This document shows positions 47,297 through 58,800 of a DNA stretch of 64,000 bases, piece by piece. The stretch's first letter is position 1; every line of letters starts with the position of its first letter. Made by a program: the position numbers and the translations under genes. The notes below the pieces were generated by a model. That model was not told the DNA's origin and ran no database searches. It worked only from the letters and a program-made list of their open reading frames with translations. Origin of the DNA: Camelus dromedarius (taxonomy: Eukaryota); NCBI RefSeq assembly GCF_036321535.1, contig NC_087437.1, forward strand, positions 109,060,001-109,124,000, written 5' to 3'.

Positions 47297-47350
47297 GATA
47301 TTCATTCTGGTAGCTTAAGTTCTCTCACTGAAGCTACCAGAATGAATGTC
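47297..47350. repeat. Near-perfect inverted repeat (17-bp perfect core, ~24-bp arms, 6-nt loop)
   Basis: attcattctggtagctt-aagt-tctctc-actg-aagctaccagaatgaat. Confidence 0.95.
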
Positions 47351-48298
47351 CTTCTTTATCCTCTTTATTCTCTTCTCTGTCCTGGGCTCCCATTTCTGAA
47401 GCTCCTGCAGGGGCTTCAACTGCAGGGTTGACATAATCCCTTCCATGGCTATAGACCCCCAATGATTTGCCCTCCAGTCTTCTCAGGTGACATTAATGTG
47501 TGATTTCAAAATTCATGGCTTCCTTGTGGCCCTCACTCATCAAGGGAAGAATACCGCTTCTCACCAGGGCTACTTTGATTCCTTCTTTCAGGTTCTCATG
47601 CCTTCCCCGCTCAGACAAACCTGGATACAAGTTACCCAGCACCTAGACTGAAAGGGACCAGCATACCCGCAAAACTACATCCCAAATCATTTATTCTTGG
47701 TAACCACCAGTTGGGGACACAACTCGACTTTCTCACTTTGAAATAGGAGTAATATTCAAAATGCATATTTAATGACCAGTTGTCTTGGGCACCATGATGG
47801 AATTGGGAACTGACCAACTGATATGGTCAAACCAGTGTGTAGAGGCTTAATATCAGATTGGAATATCAAACAGGGAGGCCTCTGGGCCATATTGCCAGTA
47901 GATCAGTTTTGTTGGGTATGCAGAGGGATTTTGAAATCTGTTTCTGAGACTTTAGGCTAGATGTGCCTCTCCCATTCCCAATGTGCCATCTTGTTTCATG
48001 TCTTAGCTCCTGTTGGCTTTGTTGGTTTATCTTACCCTGGCTTCCCGGACAGAATTTGCCTGTGCCAGACTCTTCTCAATCCATTCTTTGTGGTCTTGTC
48101 TCTGTGTACGGGCTATTAGCTTCAAGATATCTCTTAAAATGTCCTCCCAGATTGTCACCACTCGGATGTACCCTCATACATGTGAAATTGTACAATGCCT
48201 CCTCTGGTTGCTGGACCTAAATTTCCACAGAGGTGGGCACCCCATTTTGGTTCTGAATTACACCAATATTTCAACTGTTCCTTAAATTATAATTGACT

Positions 48299-48857
48299 TG
48301 GAAATGAGAAATGAAACATATAAACAGACAATGACCAGGCCCTATATAAAAACAGAACTGACCCACAACCTACAGCAACCTGTCCAGGACACCTTTGTCA
48401 ACAATAAACAGTCCAGGAAGCCAGCCTGCTGTAAGTCAGGCTTGTTGGAAGTCAGACTACTATCTCTAATAATCATCTAGGAAGCTAACCAGTAACTTCT
48501 GTAAAAGTTGGCTCCAAATGACCAGGCAGGATTTGATTAATAATTGACAGCTTCTCAAATCTTTGTCCCCACTTCCAACTTAGGACCAACTAGAGAAAGC
48601 CAAATATGGACCCCGAACCAATCGCATAATGTATCTTCCTACAAGTTAGCCCTCCTCCAGCTTCCCTGTGGCCACAGCCTCCAATCAGGGCACACCCGAA
48701 GTCTTCCCTTTTCACACACTCAAGCATCCCTACTCCTCTGCTTGCCTTTCAGTCTTTGCCAAGATGCAAGTGACAGTGGCTGACTCACTTCTTATCCAAG
48801 TTCTGAAGAAATAGCCTTTGCTTGTTCTCATTTGGTTGTTCTTTGTTTGTTTCCACA
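48299..48857 (+). mobile_element. ERV-class solo LTR
   Basis: TG...CA ends, internal repeats (gtccagga), CCAAT boxes, LTR-like composition. Family not determined. Confidence 0.6.
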
Positions 48858-49999
48858 GAAACAAATTCAGTTCTAACTATGTTAGATCATCATCATCATA
48901 GTAAAGGCCTTCAGTAAAATGGCAAAATATAGCAGAGAGGGAAAATAATATTTATTTTTCATTCCATAAAATTTTAAGGTGGGTGTGATGGAGAGGGGAG
49001 AATGTCCCCTTTAGCACTTTTTTAATCTCCTGGTTCAATTTTCTGATTTTTGCCTGCCACCACCAAAATTTGTAATAAAGCAGCCCTCTTAAAAATGTTG
49101 AACTTTGTTACTTTTAAGCTGAAAACTTTTTTGAGGCTTAAGGCAGTTATTTCTGCAAAAGATGGCTTTTGGGTTTATTAATTAAAAAGAAGGCAGGGAG
49201 TATTTGAAATACTATCATCTGAGTGACTTTATTCTACCCTTATAAATACAGTCTCATCACAATTAAGAGAAATTGAAAAGAGTTTGAAATACGGCAATAG
49301 CTTAAAACTGAAAATGATTCTTTTTAACATGAATAATTATCCCACCAGTTTTATAACCTAATAAAAATCAAAGTAGAAGAAAAACCTTGGGTGCTTTAAT
49401 TATGAGAAATCATATGTATTCTGGGAAATTAGAAACATCGCCCACATATTTGTAATTCAAAACCCTCATTCTAGAAATTCTTTCCCTGGAGAATTTCCAA
49501 AGAAGTAGATTCCATGGGCTGGCTTCTCTGCAAGACCCAGAAAACACAGATCTCAACAAGAGGCATACCTGGTTTTGAATCCAAATTTAGCAACAACAAT
49601 TTACTTTACTTTTGAGCTGAGATGCAGAGTAGGGATTCAGTCTTTAGACATTGTTTCCCTTATGCTTGTTCCTTTAAAAATGTAGGTTTTTATTCTGTAC
49701 TCTAGACAGAGGCAGAGGAAAGAATACCCTTGTATTATCTCACTTTCTAAGAATCCCTTCCAAGTTTACTATAATATCACTCATACACATGCACATTACT
49801 TATATTGTGATTTGAATCCTAAATCTTTCAGAGAATTCCCCAAATACTCTCTTGAGGGGTCTCCACTGGTTGGTGTATTTTGAAGAAAAGGACATCAAAG
49901 GTCCTCAATTAGCACTTGTTGGCAAATTGATTCAGTGCAAACCAATGTTAAATTAACCTCAATTTGGAAGATGTGCTGAAACAATAACAATATTTTAAA

Positions 50000-50208
50000 A
50001 CATTTTTTATTGATTTATAATCATTTCACAATGTTGTGTCAAATTCCAGTGTAGAGCACAATTTTTCAATTATACATGAGCATATATATATTCATTGTCA
50101 CATTCCTTTCTCTGTGAGCTACCATAAGATCTTGTATATATTTCCCTGTGCTATATATTATAATCTTGTTTATCTATTCTACAATTTTGAAATCCCAGTC
50201 TATCTCTT
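50000..50208 (-). mobile_element. Young lineage-specific L1 3' end (same subfamily as the 53.1 kb copy)
   Basis: Nearly identical to 53120-53320: gtgtcaaattccagtgtagagcacaatttttca...gtgagctacca.aagatcttgtatatatttccctgtgctat. Confidence 0.85.
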
Positions 50209-50449
50209 TTTAACACTAATTTTGTTAACACTTGTTTTGTATTATCTGGCCCATTTCACCCCACCACCATGTTTTCTATAATTAATTCACATAGACTATG
50301 TGTCTTTTGATTTCTTAATTATTCTTGTTCCCTCTTGTGTGAAATGAGAATGTCTTGTATTCACTGAGTCCTAGGTTTTTAAGGATTAGAAGGACCTACA
50401 GTGTTCCCCCAAGTTTACCCTTCATTTCTGAGCAGGACTCTCCTCTACT

Positions 50450-50671
50450 TTGCCCAAACTTTGGTGTACATGGGAATTATCTGAAGGACTTAATTAAAAC
50501 TTCAAGTGCCAGCTCCCACTCCAGAGTTTCTGGTCCCACAGGTCTGGAGTTGGGGCCCAAGAATTTTCATGTTTAGCAAGTTCCCAGGTGATGCTGCTGC
50601 TGCTGGTCTCAGGACCACACGTTGAGAGCCACTGCCATTGTACCATGTGTAGGTAATAGGAATTCCACTGT

Positions 50672-50709
<38 letters not shown>
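50450..50709. mobile_element. MER5A-like element followed by (TG)n microsatellite (~50668-50709)
   Basis: tttagcaagttcccaggtgatgctgctgctgctggtc...ttgagagccactg. Confidence 0.7.
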
Positions 50710-50711
<2 letters not shown>

Positions 50712-51504
50712 TGGCAATGGTGGCGATGGTGGTGGTGGTAGTAGGGGTAGGGTTTGATCAGGGCAGGGCTGGACACAGAAGAGCTTGCAGGTGTAGATCA
50801 TTGTGAGAGGGCTGCCGGGGTTCTGGAATGAGCCCAGGTGCCAAAGGTGTACGTGAGAGAGGAAGAGAGAAAGAGAAAGCCTGTTGTGTTCCTGACAGCT
50901 GGATGTTTCTCCCATTTGGACTTCATTGGAGTGAAGCTTCTAAATGGTTTAAACACCCCAGAAGGGCTGCTAAATTGTCATGTCTCAGGCACATGTACAG
51001 TATTGGCACCTGCAGTTTATGCTCTCAGACTACATATTAAAACTCTGTGCAGTGGTGGAGTAAGCTAGATAAATATTTGTACATTTGACTGCACACAGCC
51101 ACTGCTTGTGTTTCCTTATTCTTCTGTTTTGTCTCAAGAAATCTGAGTCAGATGGTGTAATTGGTTGTGAATTTTAATACCACCATCACAGTCATTCACC
51201 TGCTTAAAGATGGGGGTGGGTGGATGTTTTTGCGAGTCTAGTAATCTGTTTCTTTCCTTGCCAAGTGGTAAAGACAAGAAGCTCTTCACAGATTGCTGGA
51301 TGTCTTCGGTTATTATGAACTCATATAAAGACACTGCAAACAGGCAAATGTCAGTTTAACAGAATAACAATACACGTTGATATTTGGATCATTCTTGCGT
51401 AGTATAAAGTTGCAGGTGACTTCAGGTTCTGAAAGGGCTTTATAAGCCTCAGGTCTCAAGACTCTCAGATTTTAATGACATATTGTCTCTTTCTTTTCAA
51501 CTTT

Positions 51505-52440
51505 GTTTAAAATATTTTATTATGAAAAATCTCAAACATACCCAGAAGTAGGGAGAATAGTGTAATGAACCTTGATGGTACTATACTAGCTCCAATAATT
51601 ATCAGTATTTGACAATTGTACTTAACCAGTCTGTACTCCTGAACCACTGTAATTCCACTTGTAACAATTTTTTGTAATTTTACTTGTAAATACTTAATTT
51701 CTAACAGATAAAGGCTTTAAAATAATGTAACCACAACAGTATTATCTAACAAAATTATTGTTTGAAATAATATTCCAACCTATGTTTAAATTTCTTCAAC
51801 CATCTCAAAATTTGTCAATAGTCTTACTTGTTCAGTCAGGATCCAAACAAGGGTCTTTATAGAATTTGGTTGATTTATCTCTTATGCCTCTCTTATTCTT
51901 TAACAATTTCTGCTTCCTCTTTTTTTTTCCAAGGTACTTATTTGTTGAAGAGATGAGTCATTTTTCCTGTTGAATTTCCTGCATCCTGGACTTGTTTGGT
52001 TGTCTCTTTGTGGTAACGTTTATCTTGTTTCTATAGCCCCATTTTTCTTGTTAACTGGTAGCTAAGTCTAAAACATGATTAAATTTAGGTTTAATTATGT
52101 TGAGAGAGGCAAGAATATTTCACAGGCAGTGCTGGGTGCTTGCTGTTGGATCACATCAAGGGGAATACAATGCCTGTTTGCCCCACTTTTAGTGATGCTC
52201 AGATTGATCAGTGGGCGTTAGGTGTCAGCCTTTTACCTATGGTTTTAGCAGCTGTTGATGATTATTGCATAGATCCATTATTTCACTGGGGTGCAAAATG
52301 ACATTTTTTCTAAGTCAATCATTCTTTCTGAATTAATCAAACTTCTGTCTGATTAAAGTGAAAAACAGTTTATAAGATAAATGCTTGATTCTGTAGATTC
52401 TGTACCTTATTTAATTTCAGAATAATAAGCCCAGTAGTAT
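51505..52440 (-). mobile_element. Old L1 (L1MC/ME-like) 3' region
   Basis: ttttattatgaaaaatctcaaacatacccagaagtagggagaatag...caggatccaaacaagg. Confidence 0.6.
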
Positions 52441-52464
52441 CTATTTATTTACCTATCTATTTAT

Positions 52465-54405
52465 TTTTATTGAAGAATAGTTGATGTGCATTATTATATA
52501 AGTTACAGGTGTATGATATGATTCACAATTTTAAAGGTTATACTCCATTTATGGTTATTATAAAGTACTGGCTATGTTCCCTGTATTGTACAATATATTC
52601 TTGCAGCTTTTCCTGTAATAGTTTGTACCTCTTAATCCCCTACCCTCATGTTACCCCTCCTCCTTCCTCCTCCTCACTAGTAACCACTAGTTTGTTCTCT
52701 GTGTCTGTGAGTCTGCTTCTTTTTTGTTATATTCACTAGCTTTACTTTTTAGATTCCACTTATAAGTGATATCATACAGTACTTGTCTTTCTCTGCCTGA
52801 TTTATTTCAGTTACCATAATACCCTTCATGTCCATCCATGTTGTTATAAATTGCAAAATTTCATTTTTTTCCACAGTTGAGAAGTATTCCACCACATATA
52901 TAATATATATAATATATAATATATAGATATACACCACACTTCTTAATCCATTCATCTGTTGAAGGACACAGGTTGCTTCCATATTTTGGCAATTATAAAT
53001 AAAGCTGCTATGAATATTGGAGTGTGTGTATCTTTTCATATTAGTTTTTTTTTTTTTTTGGATATATACCTTTGTGGAATTGCTGGGTCATATGGTAGTT
53101 CTACTTTTAGTTTTTTTTTTAAACATTTTTTTATTGACTTATAGTCATTTTAGAACATTGTGTCAAATTCCAGTGTAGAGCACAATTTTTCAGTTATACA
53201 TGAACATAGATATATTTTTTTTTCACTGTGAGCTACCACAAGATCTTGTATATATTTCCCTGTGCTATGCAGTATAATCTTGTTTATCTGTTCTACATTT
53301 TGAAATCCTAGTCTCTCCCTTCCCACCCCCCGCCCCCTTGGCAACCACAAGTTTGTATTCTGTGTCTATGAGTCTGTTTCTATTTTGTGTTTATGTTTTG
53401 TGTTTTTAGATTCCACATATGAGCGATCTCATATGGTATTTTTCTTCCTCTTTCTGGCTTACTTCACTAGAATGACATTCTCCAGGAACATCCATGCTGC
53501 TGCAAATGGCGTTATGTTGCTGGTTTTTATGGCTGAATAGTATTCCGCTGTATAAATATACCACATCTTTTTTATCCAGTCATCTGTTGATGGACATTTA
53601 GGCTGTTTCCATGTCTTGGCTATTGTAAATAGTGCTGCTGTGAACTTTGGGGTATAGTTGTCATTTTGAAGTAGGGTTCCTTCTGGACATATGCCCAGGA
53701 GCAGGATTCCTGGGTCATATGGTAAGTGTATTCCTAGTCTTTTGAGGAATCTCCATCCTGTTTTCCACAGTGGCTGCACCAAACTGCATTCCAATCAGCA
53801 TTGTAGGAGGGTTCCCTTTTCTCCACAGCCTCTCCAGCGTTTGTCATTTGTGGACTTTTGAATGATGGCCATTCTGACAGGTGTAACTTGATAGCTCATT
53901 GTAGTTTTGATTTGCATTTCTCTGATAATTAGTGATATTGAGCATTTTTTCATTTGCCTACTAATCATTTGTATTTCTTCCTTGGAGAATTGCTTGTTTA
54001 GGTCTTCTGCCCATTTTTGGATTGGGTTGTTTGTTTTTTTCTTATTAAGTTGTTTGAGCTGCTTACATATTCTGGAGATCACTCCTTTGTCAGTTTCATT
54101 TGCAAAAATTTTCTCCCATTCCGTAGGCTGTCATTTTGTTTTACTTATGGTTTCCTTTGCTGTGCAGAAGTACTCTTAGTTTTTTGAGAATCATCCATGC
54201 CATTTTCCACAGTGGCTGCATCAATTTACATTCCCACCAACATCCCCTTTTCTCTAAATCCTTGCCAACATTTATTATTTGTGTTCTTTTTGATGACAGA
54301 CATTCTGACAGGTGTGAGGTGATATCTCATTGTAGTTTTGATTTGCATTGCCATGATGACTAGCAGTATCGAGCATCTTTTCATGTGCCTGTGGGCCAGC
54401 AACAT
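52465..54405 (-). mobile_element. L1 3' fragment interrupted by a younger 5'-truncated L1 (~53117-54170) encoding the ORF2 C-terminus
   Basis: ORFs [23 protein letters not shown] and [30 protein letters not shown] are ORF2p C-terminal; TSD tact(t/c)ttagtttttt at 53102 and 54171. Confidence 0.92.
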
Positions 54406-54604
54406 TTAAACATGACCAATGAGGTTATTTGTTTTTCAAAATACCATTTTGAACTTAAGGATTTCATATATGTATATTTTTCTCAGTTTATATATTAAAG
54501 ATTTTATATATTTATATTTTATACATTTTAAATATTTAATATATTTTATTTAAACTCATTGCAATGGGTTGCAATGAATTCTCAACATGTTTCCATGTCA
54601 ATTT

Positions 54605-54834
54605 TTAAAAATTGAAATATATTGATTTACAATATTAGTTACAGGTGTACAACATAGTGATTCAATATTTTTTATAGATTATGCTCCACTTAAAATTATT
54701 ACAAAATGATGGCCATATTTCCTATATTGTATAATATATCTTTGCTGCTTATTTATTTTATATATAATAGTTTTATCTCTTAACTCCCTACCCTTATCAT
54801 GACCCTCCCCCCTGCCCTCTCCCCACTGGTAACC
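54605..54834 (-). mobile_element. L1 3'-terminal fragment abutting the HMGA1 retrocopy
   Basis: ttgatttacaatattagttacaggtgtacaacatagtgattc...ccccactggtaacc. Confidence 0.8.
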
Positions 54835-54837
54835 TCC

Positions 54838-55733
54838 CCTTAATGGGAAGCCAGAGGGAAGAGTCAGAGATCAGAAGGGACCCCCTCCCCAACCCAGACC
54901 AAGAGCCCAGCCAGCAATGTCCCCACCACTGAGGGAGTGAGGACACAGCAGCGTGGGGAGTGGCTAAGTGGGAAGTCAGCTTTGTCTGGGGGCAGGTGTG
55001 GCTCTTGAACGAGATGGGTTGCTGGTTACTGAAATCAAAGGAAAACTCCCCACTCAGGCCCCCAGGGCCCTGCAGCGGCTGGTGTATGCTGTAGTGTGGT
55101 GGTGAGGGCGTAGGTGGGGGGGGTTGACACGTGGGCCTGGGCAAGGGGTGGGGTCAGTGGGAGGGGAGCAGAGCTGTCCAGTCCCAGAAGAAAACTGTTC
55201 CTGATGAGGACTCCTGTGAGATGCCTTCTTCTTCCTCCTTCTCCAGTTTTGTGTCTGCCCCGTGGTTTCCTCCCTGGAGTTGTGGTTTTCTGGGTCTTGG
55301 CAGCACCCTTGTTCCTGCTCCCCTTTGGTTGCCCAGAAATCTCTTAGGTGTTGGCACTTAGCTGGACTCCTTCTAACTAGCTACCAGCCCCAACCGGGGA
55401 ATCACCATATTCTGCTTGTGTGGCCTGTCCCACCCTCACTTCTCAGGGCTGTGCTTTTCCTGCTTGGAGGCCAAGGGCTGGCTGGACTTAGAGCTCCACT
55501 TGCTCATCTTCCATTGTCTGCAGAGCAGATGGAGGAGCAATGGCTGGGATGCACGAGCTTGGCTGCCAGCCTGCTGTATGTGATCCAGGTTGCTGGGAGC
55601 CATGGTGCTGGGTGCTGAGGACTGGCCTGGCTCTACCACCTCTGCTACCACTGTTGGTAGCAAATGTGAATGCCTTCCTGGAGTCACAGCAGGGCCAGAA
55701 ATATACAGAGCTCAGAGTCCCAATTAGAGGCTC
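54838..55733 (-). pseudogene. HMGA1: HMGA1 (HMGA1a isoform) processed pseudogene: spliced 5' UTR, disabled CDS, proximal 3' UTR
   Basis: Minus strand from ATG 55507 reads MSKWSSKSSQPLASKQEKHSPEK*...VPTPKR...KLEKEEEEGISQESS without introns. Stops at codons 24 (55436-55438), 45 (55373-55375) and 50 (55358-55360), plus frameshifts. Flanks resemble HMGA1 5' UTR (CCTCTAATTGGGACT..., GCATCCCAGCCA) and 3' UTR (CTTCTGGGACTGGACAGC, GGTGGGGACATTGCT, TTCCCTCTGGCTTCCCAT). Confidence 0.95.
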
Positions 55734-56803
55734 TTGTTTTTTGAATTAGGGCTGTATCTCTGTAAGTCACCCCCTTAGAACTGCTTTTGCTGTGTCCGAT
55801 AGGTTTTGGAAAATTGTGTTTCCATTTTCATATGACTCAAGGAATTTTCTGTTTTCCTCTTTGATTTCTTCATTGACCCATTGGTTTTTAGTAGCATGTT
55901 GTTTAGTCTCTACATTTGTGTTTTTCCCAATATTCTTCCTGTAATTGATTTCTAGTTTCATACTGTTGTGATTGGAAAAATATGCTTGACCCTCTTAAAT
56001 TTGTTGAGACTCGTTTTGTGGCCCAGCATGTGATCTATCCTAGAAAACATGCCATATGCCCTTGAAAAGAATGTCTATTCTGCTGTTTTTGCATGGAATG
56101 TCCCATAGATGTATATAAAGTCCAACTGGTCTAATGTGTTGTTTAAGACGACTGTCTTTCCTTGTTGACTTTCTGTCTGCTAATTTGTCCATTGATGTAA
56201 GTGGGGTGTTAAAGTTCCCTACTAATGTTGTAATATTGTCAATTGCTCCCTTTATGTTTGTTAATATTTGCTTTATATATTTATATGCTTCTGTATTAGG
56301 TGCATATGTGTTAACAAGCACTATATCCTCTTCTTGTATTGATCCCTTTATCATTGTATAATGCCCTTCTTTGTCTTTTGATATAGACTTCATTTTTAAA
56401 GTCTATTTTGTCTCATATGAGTATAGTTATCCCTGCTTTCTTATCATTTCTATTTAAAATTTTTTTGGGGGGGTGGGGAGATAATTGGGTTTATTTATTT
56501 ATTTTAATGGAAGTTCAAGGGATTGAACCCAGGACCTTGTGCATGTTAATCATGTTCTCTACCATGGAGCTATACCCACCCCTGTCATTTCTATTTGCAT
56601 GAAATATCTTTTTTTAGCCTCACTTTCAGTCTCTGTGTGTTTTTAGCTCTGAAATGAATCTTTTGTAAATAGCATATAGGTGAGTTTTTTTTTTTAAATC
56701 CAATCAGCCACTCTGTGTCTTTTAATTGATGCATTTAGTCCACTAACATTTGAAGCAATTATTGATAGGGATGTGCTTATTGCCATTTTGTTACTTGTTT
56801 TCT
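55734..56803 (-). mobile_element. L1 ORF2 N-terminal (APE endonuclease) fragment, decayed
   Basis: KDKEGHYTMIKGSIQEEDIVLVNTYAPN...GNFNTPLTSMD and MKLEINYRK...WVNEEIKEE; ORF2 ATG-equivalent near 56786. Confidence 0.93.
56456..56582 (-). mobile_element. Second, more diverged tRNA-Ala-derived SINE inserted in L1 ORF2
   Basis: Same head (gattgaacccaggaccttgtgcatg...ctctaccatggagctatacc); TSD tcatttctattt at 56444-56455 and 56585-56596. Confidence 0.88.
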
Positions 56804-57049
56804 GATTCCCACCACAATTTTAAGAAGATTGCTCTTAAACTCAGGATATAACTGCTTTTGCAACATTTTGGTTATTTTAAAAATAACTATACTTAGAACT
56901 AAAATATGCTTCTTATAGAAAATTTAGAGAATAAAGACTCACATAAAGATGAAAATGAAAATCACCTATATTCTCCTCACTTAGAAATATCCTCTTTAAA
57001 CATTTTGTTGAATTTTCTTCTTCTTTTTTTTTTGCTTTTCTGTACATCA

Positions 57050-58800
57050 TTAAACATTCTGTGGTCCATCATTATAATCACTCCCTCACAAGTACTCTCA
57101 ACCCCTCTACTCTTACCTTCATCACATGTGTCTGGCAAAGCCTCAACCCTCCATCTTCTCTGCACCTGTGTCTGAACAGCTGAATGTTACCAGAGAATAT
57201 CTAACTGAACCAATGTTTCCTTAATTTATTATCTAAAATCTCAACTTGTACCCACTATGACCCAGAAACCCACTTATATTTCCCAGAATGATTTTGTATG
57301 TTCTCTTCACCTACAACTGCTCCCTCTTTTACCCTTACTCAGCTGCTCATCTTGCTTATAATTAAATGAAATAAAAGATTCCTAATGCAAACTTAATAAA
57401 GACTACCCTCATTTTGCAGCTATCTTCATCTTTCATCTTCTGTCATGATGGAGGACACTTTCTTCATCTTAGCGAATTCCAACTCCTCCCCTTATCCTCT
57501 GGACCCCATGCCCTTTGACCTTTAAAAACACTTCACTTTGGTTAGCCCTTCTTCTTTTATCAACTTTTCCCATTCTTTAGTGGATCATTTTTATAACTAT
57601 ATTCTGATTTTCCAATTTTATTTTTAAAACAACTCCAACAATAGTCAAAACTTAGTTTCATAGCTCCCTGACAATTGTTTTCACCCATTTGTTCATTATT
57701 GTATGTAACCAACTCTCAAAAATTTTTAACTGTATTGGTTTCACCTCCTTAATTTTTCTTTGATTTAATACATTCCAATATGGCTTCTACTCTTCCCCAC
57801 CACTTTACTGAAATTTCTTGTTTCAGGATCACTAGCAATCCTCACACAGCCGTATGCAATGTACACTTCTCTGTCCTCTTCCTATCCACCCTTTGAACAT
57901 TTGGTGGGGTTGGCCATTAACTTCTTGAAATATTCTCTTCTCTCGGCTATCATTGCACTATTGTTTACTAGTTTTCCAAATGCACTAGCTTCTCCCAATA
58001 GTTTCCTTTTCCAGCTGGCTCCTGTTCCTCCTCTGAAGTGTTGGCAGTACTCTGGTTAGTCCTGGACCTTCTTCTCTTCTCATTTTACTCTTTCTCCCTG
58101 GGTGATCCCATTAATTCTCAGTATTTTAAAAATCATTATAACTTTAAAAAAACATTATAACTTAAGACTCCACAGTTTATATCTCCAACCCAGATAATTT
58201 TTTTCTGAGTATCATATACAGCTTAACTTACCTGACAGCTCAACCTGGATGTATTACAGACACTTCAAATCGTATATATCCAAGATAGAACTCCTCATTT
58301 CCCTTCTGTAAATGAACCTTTCCCTTATCTGTCCTACCCCAATAAATGGCACCATTATCCTTTAGTTGCTCAACTCAGAAATCTTAGAGTCAGTCCTGAT
58401 TTTCTTTTCCCATAACCACTATATCCAAAGCGTTGGTAACTTCACTTGAGTCTACTCCTAAAAATATCTTGACCCTGTCTTTTCTTCTTCTCCTCGGCTA
58501 ACACCCCATTCATAGCCAATTGTTTCCACATTACAAGAACAGTGATCATCTTCTAGAACATAAACTAAACCTTTCTTAAAAACCTTCAGTGGTTTTTCAT
58601 TATTCTTGTAAAACTCCAATCTCCTTACAAGGGCTGGATGGCTCTACAGACCCACCTGATCTGTCTCTGCTGGTCTCTCCATCCTCACGCCACACTACTC
58701 CATGATTACACTAAAATGACTCCTTTTCAAATATGCCCAAATCTTTCCCACCTCAAGATGTTCATACATGCTGTCCCCTCTGCTCTTTTATCTCCACTAT
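57050..58800 (+). mobile_element. L2 fragments
   Basis: Pyrimidine-rich L2 motifs: tttatatctccaacccag, cctggatgtattacagacacttcaaat, aaatggcaccattatcc. Confidence 0.6.

Noticed and set aside
53459..54082. Protein-like ORFs of 111 and 95 aa
   Set aside because: Frameshifted LINE-1 ORF2 C-terminus, not a host gene.
55205..55507. Functional HMGA1 retrogene
   Set aside because: Three premature stops in the first 50 codons, frameshifts and mutated AT-hooks.
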